From: Balanoglossus misakiensis
Taxonomy: Eukaryota > Animalia > Hemichordata
NCBI GenBank assembly: GCA_040954595.2
Contig: CM082584.2
Span: 606,281-670,280 of the forward strand
Length of the DNA stretch: 64,000 bases
Reading direction: 5' to 3'
In this document: positions 15,201 to 26,400 of the stretch, piece after piece
How positions within the stretch are numbered: position 1 is the first letter of the stretch
How the letters are laid out: each line of letters opens with the position of its first letter
Translations under genes and position numbers: made by a program
Notes under the pieces: model-generated
Databases searched by the model: none
Told to the model about the DNA's origin: nothing
The model's input: the letters and a program-made list of their open reading frames with translations, nothing else

Positions 15201-15826
15201 GATAGACACTAGAGTTCGTTAGCAACGTTGATCAAGTCAGATTTCCTACGGCATGGCTTGGCTAAAGCCCTGGCACTCTAGAGCAGAAACACGCGTACAA
15301 AAACCACGTTGATCTACTCACATTTCCTTCGACCTGGCACGGCTGATGCCCCGGCACTATATATAGGACACAGACTGGCGTAAGTTAACAACGGTAATCA
15401 CGTCGGGTTTCCTACGGCCTGGCTCAGCTGAAGCCCCGGCGCTCTAGAGCAGAAACAGGCGTACATTGACCACGTTGATCAAGTCAGATTTCCTACGGCG
15501 TGACTCGGCTGGTGCACCGGCTCTATATGACACAGACTGGCGTAAGTTATCAACGGTGATTACGTCGGATTTCCTACGGCCTGGTTTAGCTGAAGCCCCG
15601 GCACTTTAGAGCGGAAACACGCGTACTTTGACCACGATGATCAAGTCAGATCTCCTACGGCCTGGCTCGACTAAAACCCCGGCACACCATGACAGACACT
15701 AGCGTTCGTTAGCAACGGTGATCAAGTCGGATTACCTTCGGCCTGGCTCTGCAAAAGACCCGACACTCTAGTACAAAGACGTTGGCTAAGTCGGGCAAAC
15801 CGAACAGGGAAAGTCACAGCGGGTCA
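9289..15826 (-). repeat. Composite ~1.9-kb tandem repeat, inverted orientation (81-bp blocks of 21, 11 and 11 copies)
   Basis: Reverse complement of the left-arm units; poly-G tracts at ~11,871 and ~13,935. Confidence 0.95.
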
Positions 15827-16113
15827 TTATGGTGGTCTTCGGTAACGCCAACGAAGCCAGACAGATTTTATTTGCGGCCCCTGGATGCCTGAAAGGAAAC
15901 AAGTTGAAAGGAAACCAGATTTATGTGTCTGACGATGTAAGCAAGAAAGTATACGCGGAACGGAAGAGGCTACTACAGTATGCAAGCAAGATAAAGTGAG
16001 AAGCGTCGACGAAAAGCTGCTACATAGCTTGGAAAGTGCCGGCAACACTCGTAATCAAGTACGCTAATGGTGTCAAAAAGGAACTCACGGTAAATGACAT
16101 TCCAGAAAAATGA
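15827..16113 (+). pseudogene. LINE ORF1 C-terminal fragment with premature stop
   Basis: Mirror of 3,021-3,307 but AGA->TGA at 15,997-15,999. Confidence 0.7.
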
Positions 16114-16574
16114 CATTTGTAAATGTAAATGAAAATTGTAAATGTAAACTGGATAGTAGCGTACGACTTTGAATTACCAAACACAGTATTCATAGAATAA
16201 CGGTAACGTTGTCGGCCATTGATTTTAAAGATCTCAATACACCTCCGACACAGAGAAGGTGTGGCACTCGAGCAGAGTAGGTTTTTTTTTTCTTGCCCTT
16301 CTTTTTTGTTCTTTTTGTATTTCTTCTCCTTTTCGTCTTGCCCCCTTTCCCTGTTTGTTTTTTTCCTCCGGGGAAGGGAGTTTCGTCTCTTCTCAGTCTT
16401 CTCTTTTTTTTGGCCCTTTGGGTTTTTTTCTCTCGCCTCTGTTGGCCCTTAGGGTGTGTTTGTCTTGTTTGTTTGTTGTTTCTTGATGGGTTTATTTCAA
16501 AGCGGGACACATCAGTCAATTTTCAGAAATGTTTTTGGAAGCAGTCGACACAACACATTTCATGACAATTTGAA

Positions 16575-19500
16575 ATGGATTTTTCAGTTTTGACGTTTAA
16601 TACAAGAGGGCTCCGTAGTTTCAAAAAAAGGAAAAAACTTGGATGTTGGTTAAATAGTAAGAACCCCACATTTACTTTCTTACAAGAAACCCACAGTGTA
16701 AAAGACGATGTTCACTTTTGGTCAACTCAATTTAATGGTCGCTGTTGGTTTTCGCATGGAACAAACAATAGTAGAGGTGTAATAACAATTATCAATAACC
16801 CAAATATTATAGTTAACAATTCTGTAACTGACGATATGGGTAGATTTATTCTTATTGATGTAAATTTAGACAATACGCCTTGTATACTACTTAATGTATA
16901 TGCACCCAATATAGAGAAAGAGCATGTAATTTTTCTAGAAGAAATGTATTTTTTGCTGGTCAAATATGTAACCGATCCCAACACAATTGTCATTTTAGGA
17001 GGGGATTTAAATTTCACCTATAATATTGCCCTTGATCGCTCAGGAGGCAATCCTAAACCATGGGGAAAGTCCATTGCTCTTTTAGATAGGATATCTGACG
17101 TCTTCAATTTGATTGATATATGGAGGGTGCGTCATGAAGAAAAGAGAGGTTTTACCTGGAGAAGGCGCAGGCCTTATATCACTCAGAGTAGACTTGATTA
17201 TTTTTTCATTTCTAGCGATTTACAGCAACAAATCAGTAGCGTTCAGATTATTCCTGGAGTGGATTCCGACCATTCAGCTGTCTCTTTGGTGTATAAATCT
17301 TGCCAAAACGAGCGGGGTCCTGGCTACTGGAAGTTTAATTCTAGTTTAATTTACGACAGTACTTTCAAAACCATTCTGCACGATAATATTGACGAGTGGA
17401 TTAGTGAATCCACTAGGTTAAATGATGGGGTTCGTTGGGACTTCATAAAATTTAAGATTAGAGGTTTTGTGATTGACTACAGCAAAACAGTGGCGAAAAA
17501 ACGTAGACAGAATTTACAGAATCTTGAACTGTCGGTGAATTTTCTTGAGGGTCTTTGTTCTAATCATCCTACAGTGCAAAATTACGAGATGCTCGAGTCA
17601 GCAAAGAGTGATTTGGAGAAAGTTTATGATTATATTACAGAAGGAGCGGTCGTAAGATCCAGGATTAATTGGTACGAGAAAGGTGAAAAATGTAACAAGT
17701 TCTTTTTAGGTTTGGAAAAGGTAAATAAACGCAACTCGAGTATCAGCAATTTGAAGAAAGATGAGTATACAATTATAGACAACCCAAAGAATATTTTGTG
17801 TGAAATTAAGCAGTTTTATGCCAAGCTTTACTCAAGGTGCGCCACAAACTCCAACGATGTGCATTATTTCCTGGATGCAAATTTACCAATGTTGTCAGAG
17901 AATGATAAAGTTTTGTGTGAGGGTCCTTTGACCCCTGGGGAAGTTTTCTCTGTTCTTCTCTCCCTTCCAGACAACAAAAGCCCCGGCAATGATGGCCTTA
18001 CAAAAGAATTTTACGTGGCGTTTTGGCCACAGGTGGGGAATTTAGTTTTGAATTCTCTCAATTATGGTTACAGAACGGGGGAATTTTCAAATTCACAGAA
18101 ACAGAGTGTCATAACTCTGATTGATAAACCTGGGAAGGATCAACTCTATCTGAAAAATTGGAGACCAATCTCCCTTATGAATGTTGACATGAAGCTTGCT
18201 TCAAAATGCCTTGTTAAACGTATTGAGAAAGTTTTGCCCTGCTTAATTGGTGACTCCCAAGCGGCCTTTGTCCGGGGGAGAAACATTGGTGATTATATCC
18301 GTTTGATAGATGAGATTTTTCATCACACCTGTAATGCTGATATTCCAGCAATTTTATTAGCCATAGATTTCGAAAAAGCTTTTGACACTGTAAGTTGGGA
18401 TTATCTCTACAATACATTGTCATCCTTTAATTTTGGAGTGTCCTTCATCAACTGGGTTAAAGCCTTATATTTTAACATTGAAAGCACTGTAATGAACAAT
18501 GGGTTTGGGACTGGCTATTTTAAGCTTGAGAAGGGAGTGCGCCAAGGCGACCCTTTGTCACCTATGTTATTTATTCTGGTTTTAGAAACACTCTTGCATT
18601 CAATAAGAAATAACCGGCAAATTAGTGGTATCAATATTGGCAGTGTTGAAATTAAGGAGTCGGCGTTCGCCGACGATATGACCTGTTTTTTATCAAATGA
18701 AAACTCTGTAAGAATTGTTTTTGAAATGTTAACTTCCTTTTATAATGCTTCTGGTTTGAAAGTCAACAAAGATAAGACAGAAGCTGTTTGGCTTGGGAAA
18801 TGGAGACTTCGAAAAGATGAGGCGTTCGGGGTAAAGTGGCCCACCCCTACTATCAAGATTGTGGGGATTCATCTTTCTTATAATGAAAAAATTGCCCAGG
18901 AAAAAAATATTGTTACCCCAGTCGAAAATCTAAAAAAGGTCCTCAATATGTGGAAAACTAGGAATTTGACCATCATTGGGAAAGTTCAAGTTATTAAGTC
19001 ATTGGCAATTTCCAAATTAACATATGTGCTTACACATGTAATTTTTCCTAATGAAGTAATAGGTCGGGTTCATAAGTTAATTTATAATTTTCTCTGGAAT
19101 GGACAAGACCGGGTTCGCAGGAATGTAATGATAGGGGAGGTGGGCCAAGGAGGCTTAAAAATGCCCAATTTAGATGTGATGATAAAAACAAAGCAAGTAT
19201 TACTGATTAAACGCCTGTTGAATGAGGAATGTAAACACCCTTGGAAACACATTGTCTTACACAGTTTAGAGAAAGTCGGTGGAAAATTACTTTTTAAATG
19301 TAACTTCCGCACCAATCTTTTGCCTGTCCAAGTTTCCAGTTTTATAAATAATTGTCTTGTCACATGGTCAGAAATCAACATAATTCCAAATACTACAGAC
19401 CAGGTGATTTGGAACAACAGAAACGTCCTCGTTGGAGGAAAGTCGGTATTTTATAAGGCTTTTTCTGACGCTGGCTTTAATTTCATCCCTGACATGTTTA

Positions 19501-20288
19501 CAGGTTTTAATAGAGTATCATGGTCTGTATTTGAGCAGAAAGGCCTGAATTTAAATCAGAAATTGAAGTGGTTAGGATTGACACTTTCTGTTCCAAACAA
19601 GTTAAAAAATTGTACCAAAGCACATAGTGTACATAAGCTTTGTATTTCATTGAATGGCACAATCTGTAATTTAGACACTTTAACGAAAAAGAGTTTGAAA
19701 TGTAATTTGAACGACCGTATTATAGAGACTCCAAAAAGTCAAGCAACACTGGAAAAAATGTTGAATATATTTAATCTAAACTGGGAAAAAATGTATGACT
19801 TCACTTACAAGTTATCAATACATTGTAAGGCTAGAGCTTTTCAATTTAAATTACTTCACAATATTTTGTATACAAACAAACAGCTAAACAGGTACAATCC
19901 ACAGAAATTTCCAACTGCTCTTTGTGATTTATGTAAAGTGGAAACAGAGTCCATCGACCATTTATTTCATAGTTGCAATTGTACTACTGCTCTCTGGAGG
20001 GACCTACTGTTTACGTTGGGTATCCCTCTTAAATTGAAAAAACCACCATCAGTGTTATGTATGGTTTTGGGTGACCCAAACGAGACTTTTATAGTCAATT
20101 TTATAGCAATGCAAGTTAGAATGTACATTTACTACTGTAAATTAAATAATCGAATTCCGAATATCACTGGGTTTATTGTTCAGCTCAAAAACATACATGA
20201 AATTGAACTTAAGATTGCAACTGCAAATCATAAAATGTATTTTCATCTTAAAAAATGGTCATCACTTATGAGGTATATAACAAACTGA
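16575..20288 (+). CDS. LINE ORF2: APE endonuclease, reverse transcriptase, C-terminal CCHC zinc finger (1,237 aa, intact)
   Basis: APE motifs FNTRGL, LQETH, GGDLN, SRLDY, SDH; RT motifs KSPGNDG, NWRPISL, DFEKAFD, GVRQGDPLSP, FADD; C-terminal CDLC...HLFHSC. Confidence 0.97.
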   Translation: MDFSVLTFNTRGLRSFKKRKKLGCWLNSKNPTFTFLQETHSVKDDVHFWSTQFNGRCWFSHGTNNSRGVITIINNPNIIVNNSVTDDMGRFILIDVNLDNTPCILLNVYAPNIEKEHVIFLEEMYFLLVKYVTDPNTIVILGGDLNFTYNIALDRSGGNPKPWGKSIALLDRISDVFNLIDIWRVRHEEKRGFTWRRRRPYITQSRLDYFFISSDLQQQISSVQIIPGVDSDHSAVSLVYKSCQNERGPGYWKFNSSLIYDSTFKTILHDNIDEWISESTRLNDGVRWDFIKFKIRGFVIDYSKTVAKKRRQNLQNLELSVNFLEGLCSNHPTVQNYEMLESAKSDLEKVYDYITEGAVVRSRINWYEKGEKCNKFFLGLEKVNKRNSSISNLKKDEYTIIDNPKNILCEIKQFYAKLYSRCATNSNDVHYFLDANLPMLSENDKVLCEGPLTPGEVFSVLLSLPDNKSPGNDGLTKEFYVAFWPQVGNLVLNSLNYGYRTGEFSNSQKQSVITLIDKPGKDQLYLKNWRPISLMNVDMKLASKCLVKRIEKVLPCLIGDSQAAFVRGRNIGDYIRLIDEIFHHTCNADIPAILLAIDFEKAFDTVSWDYLYNTLSSFNFGVSFINWVKALYFNIESTVMNNGFGTGYFKLEKGVRQGDPLSPMLFILVLETLLHSIRNNRQISGINIGSVEIKESAFADDMTCFLSNENSVRIVFEMLTSFYNASGLKVNKDKTEAVWLGKWRLRKDEAFGVKWPTPTIKIVGIHLSYNEKIAQEKNIVTPVENLKKVLNMWKTRNLTIIGKVQVIKSLAISKLTYVLTHVIFPNEVIGRVHKLIYNFLWNGQDRVRRNVMIGEVGQGGLKMPNLDVMIKTKQVLLIKRLLNEECKHPWKHIVLHSLEKVGGKLLFKCNFRTNLLPVQVSSFINNCLVTWSEINIIPNTTDQVIWNNRNVLVGGKSVFYKAFSDAGFNFIPDMFTGFNRVSWSVFEQKGLNLNQKLKWLGLTLSVPNKLKNCTKAHSVHKLCISLNGTICNLDTLTKKSLKCNLNDRIIETPKSQATLEKMLNIFNLNWEKMYDFTYKLSIHCKARAFQFKLLHNILYTNKQLNRYNPQKFPTALCDLCKVETESIDHLFHSCNCTTALWRDLLFTLGIPLKLKKPPSVLCMVLGDPNETFIVNFIAMQVRMYIYYCKLNNRIPNITGFIVQLKNIHEIELKIATANHKMYFHLKKWSSLMRYITN

Positions 20289-20418
20289 GAATACCAGATT
20301 GTTTTTTTTTTTTTCTCTTCTTTCCATTAAGTTATGCTTCCAAAAAATAATTGTCAATTTTTTTTTTTTTTTTTTTTTTTAAATCTACTTATGTATCAAA
20401 ATGACTGTTTGTGTTCCC

Positions 20419-20455
20419 AATAAAAAGTATTAAAAAAAAAAAAAAAAAAAAAAAA
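20419..20455 (+). terminator. Polyadenylation signal and retrotransposed poly-A tail of the LINE
   Basis: AATAAA at 20,419-20,424 followed by an A run at 20,432-20,455 abutting the TSD. Confidence 0.85.
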
Positions 20456-23400
20456 GTCACAGCGGGTCAACACTCGACATTTGTTCCGGTAGGACTGCAT
20501 TATTGCCTGTCAATTTATAGAGAAAGCCCAAATTTAACCAGGGCGTTTCAAACACCGACGTTAGTTGGGGGCACGGCCTGCAGTACTGCCGGGTAAGCTG
20601 ACATCAGCGTACCGCATATAATGTAGGGGGGGGGGGGAACAGAACGGTTAAATAATACATTTATCAGATATCAGCTAATTTTGGACAATCATCTAAAATG
20701 TAAATCATCTTTTCATATTTGGATATCTGATGATGTATGACATTTCCATTATATGTAAAAATGGTGCTGATTATAAAAATGCACTCTGAATGAGCTGATT
20801 TAATGCAAAATTGCGTTTTATTCGTTTTTGCACCAAAAAGGTCATTTTTAGGCAAAACATTCTTTATTTTTTTAATTCGGTGACCTGATCATATATAAAC
20901 AATTGCTTGTATGTTAAAAGTTTTTATGACTTTTAAAAGCAGTGACACTGGCGGCATTCAACACGAAAATAACAATTTTAGCCACAATTTGGTCAAAATG
21001 GTAAATTTTTGAAAATTACAAAAAATACCTGTTTTCTACATTTTCGGAAATCTGATGGAGTATAGAATGCTCTTCGTATGTATATATCGATACAAATTCC
21101 ACAAAAGACCGTCTAATTTGGCTCACTGCAGACAAAATTGCGTTTTACAAAATTTTCCTTGAAAATGTCATTTTTAGAAAAAAAAAATAAAAAAACCTTT
21201 TATCTTCGAATTTGGTGCCCTGATCATATATGACATGTTGATTGTATGTTAAAACTTTCCAAAAATGCAGAGATATTGACGGAATTCAAGAAAAAATAGC
21301 CATTTTGGCCATATTTTGACAAAAATGGTAAATTTTTAAAAAATCATAAAAAATTAACTCTTTTCTTCATTTTCGGAAATATTATGGAGCATGAAGTGTC
21401 GTTCTCTTGTAAAAAGTGCTGCAAATTCCAGAAAAGGCGGTATAATTTGAATCACCCAAGACAAAATTACCATTTTCGACTTTTTTTCGAAAAATTGTCT
21501 TTTTTACAAAATAAATAAGAATTAATTCTTTTCTTAGTTTCAAACGGGTAGAGATACTTTCCACACGGGTTTTCTAACATTGAATTCCCGTTCATCAACT
21601 CAGATTTCCTACAGCATAAGTCGGCTAAAACCCTGAGACTTTAGAGCAGAAACAGTTGCACACTGGTAACGTTGAACAAGTCGATTTTTCTACGGCCTGG
21701 CTCGGCTAAATCTCCGTCACAATATGACAGACACTATCGTACGTTAGCAACGGTGATCAAGTCAGATTTTCAACGGCATGGGTTGGATAAAGCCCCGGCA
21801 CTCTAGAGCAGAAACACGCGTACAGAGACCACGTTGATCAAGTCTGATCTCCTACGGCTTGGCTCGACTAAAACCCCGGCACACTATGACAGACACTAGC
21901 GTTCGTTAGCAACGTTGATCAAGTCAGATTTCCTACGGCATGGCTTTGCTAAAGCCCTGACACTCTAGAGCAGAAACACGCGTACAGAGACCACGTTGAT
22001 CTACTCACATTTCCTTCGGCCTGGCACGGCTGGTGCACCGGCTCTATATGACACAGACTGGCGTAAGTTATCAACGGTGATTACGTCGGATTTCCTACGG
22101 CCTGGTTTAGCTGAAGCCCCGGCACTTTAGAGCGGAAACACGCGTACATTGACCACGTTGATCAAGTCAGATCTCCTACGGCCTGGCTCGACTAAAACCC
22201 CGGCACACCATGACAGACACTAGCGTTCGTTAGCAACGGTGATCAAGTCGGATTTCCTTCGGCCTGGCTCTGTAAAAGACCCGATACTCTAGTACAAAGA
22301 CGTTGGCTAAGTCGGGCAAACCGAACAGGGAAAGTCACAGCGGGTCAACACTCGACATTTGTTCCGGTAGGACTGCATTATTGCCTGTCAATTTATAGAG
22401 AAAGCCCGAATTTAACCAGGGCGTTTCAAACACCGACGTTAGTTGGGGGCACGGCCTGCAGTACTGCCGGGTAAGCTGACATCAGCGTACCGCATATAAT
22501 GTAGGGGGGGGGGACAGAACGGTTAAATACTACATTTATCAGATATCAGCTAATTTTGGACAATCATCTAAAATGTAAATCATCTTTTCATATTTGGATA
22601 TCTGATGATGTATGACATTTCCATTATATGTAAAAATGGTGCTGATTATAAAAATGCACTCTGAATGAGCTGATTTAATGCAAAATTGCGTTTTATTCGT
22701 TTTTGCACCAAAAAGGTCATTTTTAGGCAAAACATTCTTTATTTTTTTAATTCGGTGACCTGATCATATATAAACAATTGCTTGTATGTTAAAAGTTTTT
22801 ATGACTTTTAAAAGCAGTGACACTGGCGGCATTCAACACGAAAATAACAATTTTAGCCACAATTTGGTCAAAATGGTAAATTTTTGAAAATTACAAAAAA
22901 TACCTGTTTTCTACATTTTCGGAAATCTGATGGAGTATAGAATGCTCTTCGTATGTATATATCGATACAAATTCCACAAAAGACCGTCTAATTTGGCTCA
23001 CTGCAGACAAAATTGCGTTTTACAAAATTTTCCTTGAAAATGTCATTTTTAGAAAAAAAAAATAAAAAAACCTTTTATCTTCGAATTTGGTGCCCTGATC
23101 ATATATGACATGTTGATTGTATGTTAAAACTTTCCAAAAATGCAGAGATATTGACGGAATTCAAGAAAAAATAGCCATTTTGGCCATATTTTGACAAAAA
23201 TGGTAAATTTTTAAAAAATCATAAAAAATTAACTCTTTTCTTCATTTTCGGAAATATTATGGAGCATGAAGTGTCGTTCTCTTGTAAAAAGTGCTGCAAA
23301 TTCCAGAAAAGGCGGTATAATTTGAATCACCCAAGACAAAATTACCATTTTCGACTTTTTTTCGAAAAATTGTCTTTTTTACAAAATAAATAAGAATTAA

Positions 23401-26400
23401 TTCTTTTCTTAGTTTCAAACGGGTAGAGATACTTTCCACACGGGTTTTCTAACATTGAATTCCCGTTCATCAACTCAGATTTCCTACAGCATAAGTCGGC
23501 TAAAACCCTGAGACTTTAGAGCAGAAACAGTTGCACACTGGTAACGTTGAACAAGTCGATTTTTCTACGGCCTGGCTCGGCTAAATCTCCGTCACAATAT
23601 GACAGACACTATCGTACGTTAGCAACGGTGATCAAGTCAGATTTTCAACGGCATGGGTTGGATAAAGCCCCGGCACTCTAGAGCAGAAACACGCGTACAG
23701 AGACCACGTTGATCAAGTCTGATCTCCTACGGCTTGGCTCGACTAAAACCCCGGCACACTATGACAGACACTAGCGTTCGTTAGCAACGTTGATCAAGTC
23801 AGATTTCCTACGGCATGGCTTTGCTAAAGCCCTGACACTCTAGAGCAGAAACACGCGTACAGAGACCACGTTGATCTACTCACATTTCCTTCGGCCTGGC
23901 ACGGCTGGTGCACCGGCTCTATATGACACAGACTGGCGTAAGTTATCAACGGTGATTACGTCGGATTTCCTACGGCCTGGTTTAGCTGAAGCCCCGGCAC
24001 TTTAGAGCGGAAACACGCGTACATTGACCACGTTGATCAAGTCAGATCTCCTACGGCCTGGCTCGACTAAAACCCCGGCACACCATGACAGACACTAGCG
24101 TTCGTTAGCAACGGTGATCAAGTCGGATTTCCTTCGGCCTGGCTCTGTAAAAGACCCGACACTCTAGTACAAAGACGTTGGCTAAGTCGGGCAAACCGAA
24201 CAGGGAAAGTCACAGCGGGTCAACACTCGACATTTGTTCCGGTAGGACTGCATTATTGCCTGTCAATTTATAGAGAAAGCCCGAATTTAACCAGGGCGTT
24301 TCAAACACCGACGTTAGTTGGGGGCACGGCCTGCAGTACTGCCGGGTAAGCTGACATCAGCGTACCGCATATAATGTAGGGGGGGGGGACAGAACGGTTA
24401 AATACTACATTTATCAGATATCAGCTAATTTTGGACAATCATCTAAAATGTAAATCATCTTTTCATATTTGGATATCTGATGATGTATGACATTTCCATT
24501 ATATGTAAAAATGGTGCTGATTATAAAAATGCACTCTGAATGAGCTGATTTAATGCAAAATTGCGTTTTATTCGTTTTTGCACCAAAAAGGTCATTTTTA
24601 GGCAAAACATTCTTTATTTTTTTAATTCGGTGACCTGATCATATATAAACAATTGCTTGTATGTTAAAAGTTTTTATGACTTTTAAAAGCAGTGACACTG
24701 GCGGCATTCAACACGAAAATAACAATTTTAGCCACAATTTGGTCAAAATGGTAAATTTTTGAAAATTACAAAAAATACCTGTTTTCTACATTTTCGGAAA
24801 TCTGATGGAGTATAGAATGCTCTTCGTACGTATATATCGATACAAATTCCTCAAAAGACCGTCTAATTTGGCTCACTGCAGACAAAATTGCGTTTTACAA
24901 AATTTTCCTTGAAAATGTCATTTTTAGAAAAAAAAATAAAAAAACCTTTTATCTTCGAATTTGGTGCCCTGATCATATATGACATGTTGATTGTATGTTA
25001 AAACTTTCGACCACTCCAAAAATGCAGAGATATTGACGGAATTCAAGAAAAAATAGCCATTTTGGCCATATTTTGACAAAAATGGTAAATTTTTAAAAAA
25101 TCATAAAAAATTAACTCTTTTCTTCATTTTCGGAAATATTATGGAGCATGAAGTGTCGTTCTCTTGTAAAAAGTGCTGCAAATTCCAGAAAATGTGGTAT
25201 AATTTGAATCACCCAAGACAAAATTACCATTTTCGACTTGTTTTCGAAAAATTGTCTTTTTTACAAAATAAATAAGAATAAATTCTTTTCTTAGTTTCAA
25301 ACGGGTAGAGATACTTTCCACACGGGTTTTCTAACATTGAATTCCCGTTTATCAACTCAGATTTCCTACAGCATAAGTCGGCTAAAACCCTGACACTCTA
25401 GAGCAGAAACAGTTGCACACTGATAACGTTGAACAAGTCGATTTTTCTACGGCCTGGCACGGCTAAATCTCGTCACAATATGACAGACACTAGCGTACGT
25501 TAGCAACGGTGATCAAGTCAGATTTTCAACGGCATGGGTTGGATAAAGCCCCGGCACTCTAGAGCAGAAACACGCGTACAGAGACCACGTTGATCAAGTC
25601 TGATCTCCTACGGCTTGGCTCGACTAAAACCCCGGCACACTATGACAGACACTAGCGTTCGTTAGCAACGTTGATCAAGTCAGATTTCCTACGGCATGGC
25701 TCAGCTGAAGCCCCGGCACTCTAGAGCAGAAACAGGCGTACATTGACCACGTTGATCAAGTCAGATTTCCTACGGCGTGACTCGGCTGGTGCACCGGCTG
25801 TATATGACACAGACTGGCGTAAGTTATCAACGGTGATTACGTCGGATTTCCTACGGCCTGGTTTAGCTGAAGCCCCGGCACTTTAGAGCGGAAACACGCG
25901 TACATTGACCACGATGATCAAGTCAGATCTCCTACGGCCTGGCTCGACTAAAACCCCGGCACACCATGACAGACACTGGCGTTCGTTAGCAACGGTGATC
26001 AAGTCGGATTTCCTTCGGCCTGGCTCTGCAAAAGACCCGACACTCTAGTACAAAGACGTTGGCTAAGTCGGGCAAACCGAACAGGGAAAGTCACAGCGGG
26101 TCAACACTCGACATTTGTTCCGGTAGGACTGCTTTATTGCCTGTCAATTTATAGAGAAAGCCCGAATTTAACCAGGGCGTTTCAAACACCGACGTTAGTT
26201 GGGGGCACGGCCTGCAGTACTGCCGGGTAAGCTGACATCAGCGTACCGCATATAATGTAGGGGGGGGGGGGGGAACAGAACGGTTAAATACTACATTTAT
26301 CAGATATCAGCTAATTTTGGACAATCATCTAAAATGTAAATCATCTTTTCATATTTGGATATCTGATGATGTATGAAATTTCCAATATATGTAAAAATGG

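Larger units (their letters stand above)
1..19134. repeat. Giant imperfect inverted duplication (palindrome); arms ~1-9,288 and ~9,676-19,134 with a ~387-bp spacer; left arm runs off the window
   Basis: Base 1 is the reverse complement of 19,134; the LINE junctions pair (3,307/15,827); satellite orientation switches at ...aaatggct|tttaatgac (9,288/9,289), and the complement of the left-arm end starts at 9,676. Confidence 0.95.
15827..20455 (+). mobile_element. L1/Tx1-clade LINE, 5'-truncated, with poly-A tail and 17-bp target-site duplication
   Basis: TSD aaagtcacagcgggtca at 15,810-15,826 and 20,453-20,469; ORF1 remnant, T-rich spacer, ORF2, T-rich 3' UTR, AATAAA and a ~24-nt A tail. Confidence 0.96.
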
